Positions 1-11,535 of a stretch of DNA of 64,000 bases are shown here, one piece after another. The notes below the pieces were generated by a model. It worked only from the letters and a program-made list of their open reading frames with translations. It was not told where the DNA came from and ran no database searches. The stretch lies in the NCBI GenBank assembly GCA_965140785.1, contig OZ223519.1, positions 128,001-192,000 on the forward strand. Reading direction: 5' to 3'. A program made the position numbers and the translations under genes. Positions within the stretch are counted from its first letter, which is position 1; the number at the start of each line of letters is the position of its first letter. Source of the DNA: an uncultured Ruficoccus sp. GTDB taxonomy: Bacteria; Verrucomicrobiota; Verrucomicrobiia; Opitutales; Cerasicoccaceae.

Positions 1-1
1 G

Positions 2-397
2 ACGGAGGCGGAGGGGGAGACATCCCAGCAAAAATCAGATCCGGAAAAAGAGACCGCCCGCGGGAAGAAAAAACGCGGCCACAAGACCGGCCGGTCCCGT
101 TCCTCCAAGACGGCGGATTCCGGAAGAACCCAGGTCGAATTCTTGAGGAAAGAGGGGCCGATCAGACCGGATCAAGGGATACGTCCCTGGCGGGGATCCG
201 GTCCTCCCTTTCCCTACATGCCCCCGCCGGGGATGCCTCCCCCGTATGCGATGCCTCCGATGCCTGGCCCTCGCCCGGGACCGCCTCCGGCGCCGGTCTA
301 TTACGGACCATTTATGCCGATGCAGCCACCTCCACAGGTTGAGCGTTCTGCTCCCGAGACGGACGAGCGTTCCACCTCCCCGGAGAAGGAGAACTGA
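2..397 (+). CDS. 3' end of a hypothetical protein with a charged then Pro/Met-rich C-terminus (truncated by the window start)
   Basis: Frame is open from base 2 (TEAEGETSQQKSDPEKE...) to the TGA at 395-397; the ORF track shows only its last 84 aa. Confidence 0.55.
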   Translation, partial: TEAEGETSQQKSDPEKETARGKKKRGHKTGRSRSSKTADSGRTQVEFLRKEGPIRPDQGIRPWRGSGPPFPYMPPPGMPPPYAMPPMPGPRPGPPPAPVYYGPFMPMQPPPQVERSAPETDERSTSPEKEN

Positions 398-458
398 AGG
401 CGGATAGATTGGTCAGGGGACGGAAGCTATCCGCCCGGCTTCCCGATAGGGGCTTCCC

Positions 459-713
459 TTGGAGCCACAAGCACGCTCGGAGAAAGCGCACCCGCCCCGT
501 TTTTCCTTTGCGCCGGGCATGTTTCTGTTGGGAGGCATTCCCCATCCCTTGGGCTTTGTCCCGGTCGGCGAGCCCTACAGCCTGCCGTCCCAGCCCAATA
601 TCGTTTACGTGCCGGTGATGGCGGCGATGCCTTATCCGCCCCGGGACGGGGCGAAGCGCCTGGTGCGATGGGATGAGTCTTTCAAAAGTGTAAATATAAC
701 CAAAACCACATAA
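459..713 (+). CDS. possible small Pro-rich hypothetical protein
   Basis: 84-aa ORF with TTG start; composition resembles the upstream Pro-rich ORF; no family motif. Confidence 0.25.
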   Translation: MEPQARSEKAHPPRFSFAPGMFLLGGIPHPLGFVPVGEPYSLPSQPNIVYVPVMAAMPYPPRDGAKRLVRWDESFKSVNITKTT

Positions 714-775
714 GGGGAACGATTCCCCGTCCAGCATGGGCCGGCGTAGGTGTCGGCCCACTTGTGTCTGGAGGC

Positions 776-808
776 AAAAAAACGGGCACCTCATGCGAGG
801 TGCCCGTT
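776..808 (-). terminator. intrinsic terminator of mutAB
   Basis: AACGGGCACCTC-ATGC-GAGGTGCCCGTT hairpin; A-run on + gives a U-tail on -; just past the mutB stop. Confidence 0.85.
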
Positions 809-836
809 GCTAAAGCGGTTGTGTGGCGCGCTCGGC

Positions 837-3020
<2,184 letters not shown>

Positions 3021-3067
3021 GACAGGTACTGTGTCGTGTATTCAACTTTCATGACGAATCGCCGCGC

Positions 3068-5206
3068 CTACATCACGTCGATGGCTTCGAGGTACTTTTT
3101 GTTCACCTCATAGACGTTGGACTTGATGAAGATGTAGTCGTCCAGACCGGCCTCCATGTAAGCCTTTTCGTTGTCACCGGGGTAGCCGGCGAGGATGACC
3201 TTGATCCCGGGAGCCTCGGCCTTGAGCTTTTGGCAGAAGGCTGGGACGAAGTCCACGTAGGCGTCGTCGGTGCCGCAGATGACGGTGACCTTCGCGCCGG
3301 AGGCTTGGGCGCCGGCCACGGCGTCCTCGACGCTCTCATAACCGTCGGCGGCCTCGATGTCGAATCCGCCCACCTCGAAGAAGCCACGGGTGAAGTCCGC
3401 ACGGAGCTTGTGCTTGCGCAGCGGGCCGAGGGTGGTGAGGAACATCTTCGGGCCGTGGCCGTTGGCCTGGGTGTAGGCATCGGCAGCGGCGCGCATTTCC
3501 TCAAAGATCTTCGCGCCGCGTACGGAGGGCAGGGCGGTGATGGAGGGCTTGTCGCCTTCGCCGCCGTGGAGGGCGGTGAAGATGGCCCCGAGGGTCGCGC
3601 CCTGGGAAGCGGCGGCGGCGAGCCGGTCGATCAGGCCCGCGTCGCGCTCGGTCAGGGTGGAGAGGTCCACGTCCTTGGCGGTGGCCTTGAGGGCTTCGAC
3701 GCGCTTTTTCTTCACCTCGGTGAAGTCCGGGGTGGTCTTGGGCAGCGGCTTTTCCTTCAGGTTCGGGTAGAGGTTGGTCCCGACGAGGTTGGCGCGGCGC
3801 TGGGTCAGCAGCTTGATGCGCCCGTCATTGGTCTTGGCGATACGCTTCTGGATGGAGCCACTCTTGAGCGCGGCGCAGATGCAGCCTTCCTTTTCGATTT
3901 CCTGGAAGATGCCCCAGGCGCCCTTGGCCACCTGGTCGGTCAGGTTTTCGATGAACCAGGAACCACCGGCCGGGTCGATCACGGCGCGCAGCTCGCACTC
4001 CTCCTGAAGCATGATCTGTGTGTTGCGGGCGATACGGCGGGAGAAGGTGGTGGGCGTCTCGATGACCTCGTCAAAGGCCCCGACGTGCATGCTCTCGACG
4101 CCTCCGACGACGCCGGAGAGGGCTTCGGTCGTGGTGCGGAGCATGTTGACGTAGGGGTCGTGGACGGTCTTGTTCCACAGGCCGGTGCGGCCGTGAATCT
4201 TCATGCGGGCCGCTTCGCGGTCGCCGCCGAACTCGGAGACGATCTTCGACCACAGGATGCGGGCCGCACGGAGCTTGGAGACCTCCATGAAGAAATTGGC
4301 CCCGAGGCTGAACTCGAAGCGGATGGCCTTGGCCGCCGCGTTAATATCGAGTCCGCCGTCCATGAGCTTGCGCAGGTAGGCGGTGCCGGTGGCCAGGGCG
4401 CAGGCGAGCTCCTCCACCGCGCTGGCACCAGCGTTGGCGTAGGGCAGGGTGGAGACGCCGACGGCGGTGAAGCCCGGCGCGTTGTCTTTACAATAGGTGG
4501 CCAGCGTGACCATGTCGGCGAACGCCTCATCGAGCGAAACCGGCAGGCTGCCGCAGCGGGCGAGCACGCCGAGCGGGTCCAGATTCATGCCCCCTTGCAG
4601 GGCTTTGGCGTCCTTGCCCTCTTCCTTGAGCCAGGCGACTAGCAGTGCCGCCAGGGGCAGACCGCTTACTCCGGACTGGAAGCTGATGTTGACGGCCTCG
4701 GGCACGATGTCATTGAAGGCCTTGCGCAGGTCCTCCAGCGTGGCCACGGACAGGCCGCAGGCGCCGACTTCGCCGACAGCCCCCTCATCGGGGTTCTTGC
4801 CGAGCTGGGTGGCGATGTCGAGGGCGACGTTGAGGCCGTCCTGCCCGCGCTGCATATCGCTGAGCGCGGCTGCGTTAAATTCTTCCGGCAGGCCGTAGGG
4901 CAGCTCCTGGGCGATCTTCCAGGGGTTTTGCAGGTAGCCGTCGTCGGTGGAGCCCCGGGAGAAATTGAACTCGCCGGGGAAACTCTCGAGGTGCTCAAGG
5001 CCCTCCAGATCTTCCTGGCGGTAAATCGGCTGCAGCGTAATGCCTTCCGGCGTCGGCGTAAGCATTTTCTTGTCGAAAGGAGCTCCTTTGAGGAGCTTCT
5101 CCGCCGCTTCCTTCCAAGTGGCGTAATCGACAGGCGCGAACTCTTCGAGCAGGTTTAGTGCTTTCGGGTCGCCGACGGACGAGTTGGTCGTATCGGTGTT
5201 GCTCAT
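3068..5206 (-). CDS. mutA: methylmalonyl-CoA mutase, small/non-catalytic subunit
   Basis: [47 protein letters not shown]; lacks DxHxxG; directly upstream of mutB. Confidence 0.93.
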   Translation of the reverse strand: MSNTDTTNSSVGDPKALNLLEEFAPVDYATWKEAAEKLLKGAPFDKKMLTPTPEGITLQPIYRQEDLEGLEHLESFPGEFNFSRGSTDDGYLQNPWKIAQELPYGLPEEFNAAALSDMQRGQDGLNVALDIATQLGKNPDEGAVGEVGACGLSVATLEDLRKAFNDIVPEAVNISFQSGVSGLPLAALLVAWLKEEGKDAKALQGGMNLDPLGVLARCGSLPVSLDEAFADMVTLATYCKDNAPGFTAVGVSTLPYANAGASAVEELACALATGTAYLRKLMDGGLDINAAAKAIRFEFSLGANFFMEVSKLRAARILWSKIVSEFGGDREAARMKIHGRTGLWNKTVHDPYVNMLRTTTEALSGVVGGVESMHVGAFDEVIETPTTFSRRIARNTQIMLQEECELRAVIDPAGGSWFIENLTDQVAKGAWGIFQEIEKEGCICAALKSGSIQKRIAKTNDGRIKLLTQRRANLVGTNLYPNLKEKPLPKTTPDFTEVKKKRVEALKATAKDVDLSTLTERDAGLIDRLAAAASQGATLGAIFTALHGGEGDKPSITALPSVRGAKIFEEMRAAADAYTQANGHGPKMFLTTLGPLRKHKLRADFTRGFFEVGGFDIEAADGYESVEDAVAGAQASGAKVTVICGTDDAYVDFVPAFCQKLKAEAPGIKVILAGYPGDNEKAYMEAGLDDYIFIKSNVYEVNKKYLEAIDVM

Positions 5207-5384
5207 GGATTGACTGGTTGAGGGAATAATAAATGCTTATAATCCGCGAGGGATTTTGGTAGAGAAGATAAGCTTCTGAAGGGTAAAACTGTCAATTCGA
5301 AAAATTAATTTTGTTTATCGAGAAATTGGTTGACTTTAGATAAACTTATTCAATAACTCCAAGGCGTTAACAACTTTAAGCATC
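5207..5384. promoter_or_regulatory. AT-rich divergent promoter region between mutA and mce
   Basis: TTGACA-N19-TATCTT on - toward mutA; TTGACT-N18-TAACTC on + toward mce. Confidence 0.45.
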
Positions 5385-5786
5385 ATGTTACAGCAAATCG
5401 ACCACCTTGGCATCGCCGTCAGCTCCCTGGAGGACGCGATTCCCTACTATGAAAACGCCCTGGGCCTGAAATGCGAACACACTGAAGAAGTCGCGTCCCA
5501 GAAGGTTAAGACCGCTTTCTTCGAATGTGGCCAGGTGCACATCGAGCTGCTTGAGCCGACGAGCGAAGACAGCCCGATCGCGAAGTTTATCGCCAAGAAC
5601 GGCGAAGGCATCCACCACATCGCCTTCCGCACGGACAACATCGAGGGCCAGCTCAAACAGGCCGCCGACAGCGGCGTCCGGCTGATCAACGAAGTTCCGG
5701 TTGACGGCGCGGGCAACAAGCTCGTCGCCTTCCTTCACCCGAAGTCCACCCGTGGCGTGCTGACTGAGTTCTGCATGTCCAAGTAA
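5385..5786 (+). CDS. mce: methylmalonyl-CoA epimerase
   Basis: VOC-fold motifs IDHLGIAV, IELLEP, GEGIHHIAF, FLHPKSTRGVLTE; context. Confidence 0.96.
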   Translation: MLQQIDHLGIAVSSLEDAIPYYENALGLKCEHTEEVASQKVKTAFFECGQVHIELLEPTSEDSPIAKFIAKNGEGIHHIAFRTDNIEGQLKQAADSGVRLINEVPVDGAGNKLVAFLHPKSTRGVLTEFCMSK

Positions 5787-5831
5787 CGCGGTCACGTCGG
5801 ATCGACTGACCCCTATTCACCTCTTTGCACT

Positions 5832-7385
5832 ATGGCTATCGCAAAAGAACTGCTCAATGATCTCCAAAAACGCCGGGACAAGGCTGACGCCGCCGGCGGT
5901 AAAGCCAAGATTGAGAAGCGCCACGAAAAGGGGCTTCTGACCGCCCGTGAGCGCCTGCTGGCTTTCTTTGAAGAAGGCACCTTCCAGGAGTTCGGCAAAC
6001 ACGCCCAGCACTCCTGCCACAACTTCGGCATGGAAACCAAGGACATGCCCTACGACGGCGTCGTCTGCGGCGTGGGTTACGTGGACGGTCGTCCCGTGGC
6101 CGCCTTCAGCCAGGACTTCACCGTGGGTGGGGGCGCGCTCGGTCGCATTCACGCCAAGAAGATCGTTGATCTGATGGACTACGCCCACGACATGGGCATC
6201 CCGGTGGTCGGCATCAACGACTCCGGCGGCGCCCGCATTCAGGAGGGGGTCGACTCCCTCTCGGGTTACGGCCAGGTCTTCTTTAAGAACGTGTTCCTCT
6301 CCGGCGTGGTGCCGCAGGTGGCCATCATCGCCGGTCAGTGCGCCGGTGGGGCCGCTTACTCGCCCGCGCTGACGGACTTCCTCATCATGACGAAGACCAA
6401 CGCGAACATGTTCATCTGCGGCCCGGGGGTCATCAAGGCCTCCACCGGTGAGTCTTCCACACTGGACCAGTTCGCCACCGCCGACGCGCACGCCTCGGTC
6501 AGCGGAAACATCCACCTCATCGCCGAGGACGACAAGCACGCCCTCGAACTGGCGACCAAGCTGCTTTCCTACCTGCCGTCGAACAACCTGCAGGACCCGC
6601 CGCACGCCCCGACCGACGATCTCGACCTGAGCGACGATCCCTCGATGAACGAAATCGTGCCCGAAAGCTCGAAGACTCCGATGGACGTCAAGGAGGTCAT
6701 CACCCGGATGGTGGACGAGGGCGATTTCTTCGAGATCATGCCTGATTTCGCCAAGAACCTGGTCATCGGCTACGCCCGCATCCAAGGGGTCGTGGTTGGC
6801 ATCATCGCGAACCAGCCGATGCACAAGGCCGGGACACTCGACATCGACTCTTCCGACAAGGGCGCGCGCTTCATCCGCACGTGTAACATTTACAATATCC
6901 CGATCGTCACCCTGGTGGACGTGCCCGGCTTCATGCCCGGCCTGGCCCAGGAGCGCGGCGGCATCATCCGCCACGGGGCCAAGATGCTCTTCGCCTATGC
7001 CTCGGCCACGGTGCCGAAGATCACCCTGATTCTGCGCAAGGCTTACGGAGGTGCTTACCTGGCCATGTGCAGCGCCGACATGGGTGCGGATATGGTCTTC
7101 GCCTGGCCCACGGCCGAGATCGCCGTGATGGGGGCCGAGGGCGCCGTCGGAGTTCTCTACCGCAAGGAGATCAAGGACGCCGAAGATCCCAAGGCCAAGG
7201 AAGCCGAACTGCGCGATGACTACCGCAAGAAGTTCGCCTCGCCCTATCAGGCGGCCGAAAACGCGATGATCACCGACGTGATCGAGCCGAAGCAGACGCG
7301 TGCCGTAATTTCGCTTGCCTTGCGTAATACGCTGAGCAAGCGTGATACACGCCCGCCGAAGAAACACGGTAATATTCCGCTCTAA
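5832..7385 (+). CDS. mmdA: acyl-CoA carboxyltransferase (methylmalonyl-CoA decarboxylase alpha subunit / PccB-like)
   Basis: SQDFTVGGGALG, DSGGARIQEG, DVPGFMPG, RKAYGGAY, C-terminal KKHGNIPL. Confidence 0.92.
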   Translation: MAIAKELLNDLQKRRDKADAAGGKAKIEKRHEKGLLTARERLLAFFEEGTFQEFGKHAQHSCHNFGMETKDMPYDGVVCGVGYVDGRPVAAFSQDFTVGGGALGRIHAKKIVDLMDYAHDMGIPVVGINDSGGARIQEGVDSLSGYGQVFFKNVFLSGVVPQVAIIAGQCAGGAAYSPALTDFLIMTKTNANMFICGPGVIKASTGESSTLDQFATADAHASVSGNIHLIAEDDKHALELATKLLSYLPSNNLQDPPHAPTDDLDLSDDPSMNEIVPESSKTPMDVKEVITRMVDEGDFFEIMPDFAKNLVIGYARIQGVVVGIIANQPMHKAGTLDIDSSDKGARFIRTCNIYNIPIVTLVDVPGFMPGLAQERGGIIRHGAKMLFAYASATVPKITLILRKAYGGAYLAMCSADMGADMVFAWPTAEIAVMGAEGAVGVLYRKEIKDAEDPKAKEAELRDDYRKKFASPYQAAENAMITDVIEPKQTRAVISLALRNTLSKRDTRPPKKHGNIPL

Positions 7386-7390
7386 TCGCT

Positions 7391-7762
7391 ATGACACTTG
7401 CAGCAACTTGCTCCCTGGCCTCGGTGTTGACGCAGTTCGAAGACTCGCTTCACATCCTGCTGGGTTTCGTATTCGTAATCGTGGTGCTGGCCATTCTGGC
7501 CGGTGTGACACAGGGGATCGGTTTCCTCTTCAATATGAAGAAGCCGTCCGCTCCGAAGCCTGCGGCGGCCCCCGCTCCGGCTGCGCCGGCGGCCTCTGCG
7601 CCCGCCGGTGGGATCAGCCCCGAGGTGGTGGCCGTGATCGCCGCCGCCGTTCACACCACACTGGAGCGCCCGTACCGCATCCGGTCCATCCGCTCGGCAT
7701 CGGACCGCCACTGGGCCGCCGAAGGCCGCCGCGAGATTTTCCGTTCGCACAAGGTTAGATAA
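7391..7762 (+). CDS. OadG/MmdD-type decarboxylase membrane anchor subunit
   Basis: One N-terminal TM, Ala/Pro linker, EVVAVIAAAV, W..EGR tail; sits between alpha subunit and biotin carrier. Confidence 0.85.
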   Translation: MTLAATCSLASVLTQFEDSLHILLGFVFVIVVLAILAGVTQGIGFLFNMKKPSAPKPAAAPAPAAPAASAPAGGISPEVVAVIAAAVHTTLERPYRIRSIRSASDRHWAAEGRREIFRSHKVR

Positions 7763-7800
7763 GAGAGAGCTATCGATTTATTAAGAAAGACTTTACGCAC

Positions 7801-8190
7801 ATGAAGAAGCTACGCATTACGGTTGAGAACAAGACCTACGAGGTTGAAGTCGAAGTCATCGGCCAGGACGACGCTCCGGCCCCCGCACCCCGGCCCAGCG
7901 CCAGCTCGGTTGCTGTCAGCGCCCCGTCGGCTGCTCCGGCTCCCGCGCCTGCTCCGGCCCCCGCCGCCGCTGCGGCTGCTGGCGATGTCGTCAGTCCGCT
8001 ATCGGCCGTGGTTGTCTCGGTCGACGTCAAGCCCGGCCAGGCCGTCCAGGAAGGGGACAAGCTGATCACGCTGGAGGCGATGAAGATGAACACCTTTGTC
8101 AACGCGCCGCACGCCGGTACGGTTTCCGCCATTCACGTCAGTGCGGGCAACTCCGTCGAAGAAGGTCAACCCCTGCTGGCGCTTAACTAA
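7801..8190 (+). CDS. mmdC: biotin carboxyl carrier protein (decarboxylase gamma subunit, MmdC-like)
   Basis: ITVENKTYEVEVE, Ala/Pro linker, EAMKM biotinylation motif. Confidence 0.93.
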   Translation: MKKLRITVENKTYEVEVEVIGQDDAPAPAPRPSASSVAVSAPSAAPAPAPAPAPAAAAAAGDVVSPLSAVVVSVDVKPGQAVQEGDKLITLEAMKMNTFVNAPHAGTVSAIHVSAGNSVEEGQPLLALN

Positions 8191-8234
8191 GCCCCGGCAG
8201 TTTCACCCAACACCCAGAGGGGGTAACTGCGCTC

Positions 8235-9755
8235 ATGAGCGAAATACTCGATCTTATCCGAAGCACTGGCTTCTTCCACCTGGACTGGCGCATGCTGGTC
8301 ATGTGGGGAGTGGTCGCGGTGCTGCTGTACTTGGCGGTACGGCACAACTTCGAACCGCTTCTGCTGGTGCCGATCGCCTTCGGCGCGCTGCTGGCCAACC
8401 TGCCGACCGAAGGCATGATCAACAAGCCCGCGGGCAAGCTGGTCTCGCCGGTCAACGGCACGGTCGTCGCCGTCAATGCCGATCTCCAGCGAAACGTGGT
8501 CATGCCACACGTGCCGATTGAGCGCGTCGGCCACCTGACCAAGTTCAAGGACGAAGACAGCCTGGTCAACCTCTTCGAAGAGGAGAACGCCATCCAGAAC
8601 CTGGACGAGCGCACCCTGCTGGCCGTCATCCGTCCCGAGCGCGGAAACGAGGAGCTGCTCCAGCAGCGCGTCGCCGTTCCCTTTAACGACAGCACGATTG
8701 AAGTCAGCCCCGAGGATTACCTGATCTGGGCCGACGCCTCCGGGAATGTCAGCCGACTCTTCGTCAAGGCCGGTCAGCCGGTTAACAAGGGCGAGCCGCT
8801 GATCGAGGTTTACAGCCCGCACACGGGCGGTCTTTACCACTACATCCAGATGGGGATCCTGCTGGAGCTGTTCCCGCCGTTGATCTTCCTCGGTGTGGGT
8901 GCGTTGACCGACTTTGGCCCGCTGATCGCCAACCCGCGCACGCTCCTGCTCGGAGCCGCTGCGCAGTTCGGGGTTTTCGCCACCTTTATCGGCGCCATCC
9001 TGCTCGGCTTCAGCAATCAGGCAGCCGGCGCCATCGGCATCATTGGCGGTGCCGACGGTCCGACCTCGATCTTCCTGGCCAATGCCCTCCTCGCTCCGGA
9101 CCTGCTGGCCCCCATCGCCGTGGCCGCCTACAGCTACATGGCGCTCGTGCCGGTCATCCAGCCGCCCATCATGAAGGCGCTGACGACCAAGAAGGAGCGC
9201 AAGATCCGCATGAAGTCGCTGCGGAAGGTTTCCAAGCTGGAGAAGCTGATTTTCGCCCTCATCGTGACGATTTTCTGCATCCTGCTGGTTCCGCCGGCCT
9301 CGCCGCTGATCGGTATGCTGCTGCTGGGTAACTTCCTGCGCGAATGTGGCGTAACCGAGCGTTTGTCCAAGGCCGCCCAGAACGAGCTGATCAACATCGT
9401 GACGATCTTCCTCGGCACCAGCGTGGGGATCACTATGACCGGTGAGCGCTTCATCCGGGCCGAGACCCTGATGATCCTCGGACTGGGTGTGATCGCCTTT
9501 GGCGTCGCCACCTCCGCCGGGGTGCTCATGGCCAAGCTCATGAACCTGTTCTCCAAGAACAAGATCAACCCGCTGATCGGTTCCGCTGGGGTCTCTGCCG
9601 TGCCGATGGCCGCCCGCGTCTCCCAGGTGGAGGGCGCCAAGGCCGACCCGAACAACTTCCTGCTCATGCACGCCATGGGCCCGAATGTGGCTGGGGTGAT
9701 CGGGACCGCGCTCGTCGCCGGTTACTTCATCAGCGTGCTGGCTGGCGCTCACTAA
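8235..9755 (+). CDS. mmdB: Na+-translocating decarboxylase beta subunit (OadB/MmdB) with ~130-aa insertion
   Basis: FEPLLLVPIAFG, GALTDFGPLIANP, IGIIGGADGPT, IAVAAYSYMALVP, LLMHAMGPNVAGVIG. Confidence 0.94.
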   Translation: MSEILDLIRSTGFFHLDWRMLVMWGVVAVLLYLAVRHNFEPLLLVPIAFGALLANLPTEGMINKPAGKLVSPVNGTVVAVNADLQRNVVMPHVPIERVGHLTKFKDEDSLVNLFEEENAIQNLDERTLLAVIRPERGNEELLQQRVAVPFNDSTIEVSPEDYLIWADASGNVSRLFVKAGQPVNKGEPLIEVYSPHTGGLYHYIQMGILLELFPPLIFLGVGALTDFGPLIANPRTLLLGAAAQFGVFATFIGAILLGFSNQAAGAIGIIGGADGPTSIFLANALLAPDLLAPIAVAAYSYMALVPVIQPPIMKALTTKKERKIRMKSLRKVSKLEKLIFALIVTIFCILLVPPASPLIGMLLLGNFLRECGVTERLSKAAQNELINIVTIFLGTSVGITMTGERFIRAETLMILGLGVIAFGVATSAGVLMAKLMNLFSKNKINPLIGSAGVSAVPMAARVSQVEGAKADPNNFLLMHAMGPNVAGVIGTALVAGYFISVLAGAH

Positions 9756-9779
9756 GCCCGCGACAGGACTCTTCTTTTC

Positions 9780-9817
9780 AAAACCCGCTCAGCCGCACTG
9801 GTTGGGCGGGTTTTTTT
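9780..9817 (+). terminator. intrinsic terminator of the mce-mmd operon
   Basis: AAAACCCGCTCAGCC...GGTTGGGCGGG hairpin followed by T7. Confidence 0.85.
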
Positions 9818-9865
9818 GTGGGCCGGATTCCGGCGGTGCCTGTTTGCCGGTAAGGAGAGGGGATT

Positions 9866-9932
9866 AACCACGGATGACACGGATATCACAGATACAGAGA
9901 AGGATACGTGCCTGCTCGTGAAAGCCGTGGTT
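9866..9932. repeat. tandem-unit inverted repeat element (CACGGAT x3, 9-nt period)
   Basis: AACCACGGATGACACGGATATCACAGAT ... ATACGTG..CTCGTG..GCCGTGGTT. Confidence 0.65.
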
Positions 9933-9998
9933 CAAGGCTGTTTGCGGATATATTTGGCTATAAATGGCACATGTTCTCAAACAAGCGCAACGTACCCT

Positions 9999-10129
9999 CG
10001 TTGTCATCCTGAGCAATCCCGATTGCGGGCGCGTCGAAGGATCTCCTCGTACGGCCTTCTGAGAGCGCCCATGGAAAATCCCGGCCGGGAGGATCCTTCG
10101 ACTCGCTGTGCTCGCTCAGGATGACAACG
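9999..10129. repeat. REP-like palindromic element (GTCATCCTGAGC...GAAGGATC type)
   Basis: Perfect 16-bp inverted ends CGTTGTCATCCTGAGC/GCTCAGGATGACAACG plus an inner GTCGAAGGATC/GATCCTTCGAC pair. Confidence 0.85.
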
Positions 10130-10294
10130 GACTTTTCCTCGCTACACTGAATACACAGCCCACGGCTCATCTTTTTAATAAAACGGTATTTATACCGCTC
10201 GGCCCAAGCCGCAGGGGTGACAACGCAGCCGGTGGCATCTTTTCAGGAAATGCCATCCCGATCCGTAGGATCGAGAGTCCTGGGCTTGCCCTGG

Positions 10295-10735
10295 CTAGTA
10301 CAGCAGGTAGGGGAGCACGAAGAGGGCGAAGAGGATGCCGAGGCAGACACCGGCCGCCACGGCGGCGCAGCCGAGCTTCTGGGCGGTGCTGAAGCTGCCC
10401 GCGCTGGAAGGTTCCGTCACCGGGGGCATGAAGTCCGTCAGGCCGCTTGAAGCGCCGCCTGGGGCCGCCGCTTGGGGCGGGGCATGCTGGAGTCGCCGGT
10501 TGGCCGCCTCAAAGTCCTGACCGGGATCGCCGTAAGCCGACGGCGTGCCGACGGAGGGCGGGGGAGTGCCGGCAGGTGCGGGTCGGGTCTCAGTCGAGGT
10601 CGCAGCCTCAGGTGGGCTGGCGGCCCCGGCGGGCTGATCCGAACCCTCGGATTCGGCCAGCATGCGGTTCACCCATTGTAACTGCTGTTCGAGGGTGGCC
10701 TTTTGCTTGAGCAGGTCTTCGCGGGAAATTTCCAT
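10295..10735 (-). CDS. hypothetical protein (N-terminal coiled coil, Pro-rich linker, C-terminal TM helix)
   Basis: ATG-start ORF with coherent architecture filling the gap below rpmA. Confidence 0.7.
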   Translation of the reverse strand: MEISREDLLKQKATLEQQLQWVNRMLAESEGSDQPAGAASPPEAATSTETRPAPAGTPPPSVGTPSAYGDPGQDFEAANRRLQHAPPQAAAPGGASSGLTDFMPPVTEPSSAGSFSTAQKLGCAAVAAGVCLGILFALFVLPYLLY

Positions 10736-10787
10736 GCGGCAACGGAACTGGCCCCTAGCCTAGGGCAGATGCCGCTCCCGGCAAAGC

Positions 10788-10812
10788 AAAAAGCCCGGGA
10801 GACCCGGGCTTT
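10788..10812 (-). terminator. intrinsic terminator after rpmA
   Basis: AAAGCCCGGG-AGA-CCCGGGCTTT with U-tail on -. Confidence 0.8.
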
Positions 10813-10836
10813 GACAAATCCTTTATAGAAGGGAGC

Positions 10837-11097
10837 TTAGTTGCTGGCGGCGACTTGCTCGACGACGGAGACCTTGCGGTGGGCTCGGTCCCATTCGACG
10901 ACGCCGTCCTTGAGCGCGAAGAGCGTGAAGTCGCGTCCCAGGCCGACATTGGCGCCGGGGTGCATCTTCGTGCCGCGCTGGCGCATGAGGATATTACCGG
11001 CGATCACTCGCTCGCCGCTGTACTTCTTGACTCCCAGCATCTTGGGCTTGCTGTCGCGCCCGTTCTTGGAAGTTCCCTGGCCTTTTTTGTGTGCCAT
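10837..11097 (-). CDS. rpmA: 50S ribosomal protein L27
   Basis: [16 protein letters not shown]...[27 protein letters not shown]. Confidence 0.98.
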   Translation of the reverse strand: MAHKKGQGTSKNGRDSKPKMLGVKKYSGERVIAGNILMRQRGTKMHPGANVGLGRDFTLFALKDGVVEWDRAHRKVSVVEQVAASN

Positions 11098-11112
11098 GAC
11101 AAATATTCTCCT

Positions 11113-11427
11113 TTAACCCTTAATGGATTCGATTTTAATGACGGAAAGTTCCTGGCGATGACCGCGGCGACGTTCGTAGCCGTGGCGACGCTTTTTCTTA
11201 AAGATGCGGACCTTTTCGCCGCGCTTGTTTTCCAGCACCGTAGCGGTGACGCTGGCGCCTTCGACGGTAGGGGTACCGATGCTGGCGTCTTTGCCCTCGC
11301 CCAGAGTGAGGACGCTGTCGATCGTCACGGTGTCGCCGGAATTGGTGTCAGGATAGCGGTTTACGATGAGGATGTCTCCTTCGGATACGGTAAACTGACG
11401 CCCCTGGGTTTTGATAATCGCTTTCAT
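11113..11427 (-). CDS. rplU: 50S ribosomal protein L21
   Basis: [17 protein letters not shown] ... [16 protein letters not shown]; upstream of rpmA. Confidence 0.97.
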   Translation of the reverse strand: MKAIIKTQGRQFTVSEGDILIVNRYPDTNSGDTVTIDSVLTLGEGKDASIGTPTVEGASVTATVLENKRGEKVRIFKKKRRHGYERRRGHRQELSVIKIESIKG

Positions 11428-11535
11428 GGGAAAAGGGAGGAGGAAAGCGTGTTTTGAGCTAAACTCAAGCCCTTTTTTGAAAAAGTGTACAGGCTTGCCT
11501 AATTCGTGGGTATTTTCCTAAAATGGCCGGATTTT

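Noticed and set aside
5207..5384. Cobalamin riboswitch upstream of mutAB
   Set aside because: The region is short and AT-rich, and no B12-box (GGGAA...GCCACTG) was seen.
9816..10170. ORFs 9816-10124 and 9958-10170
   Set aside because: They merely translate the repeat elements (TTDDTDITDT; VILSE...KDP).
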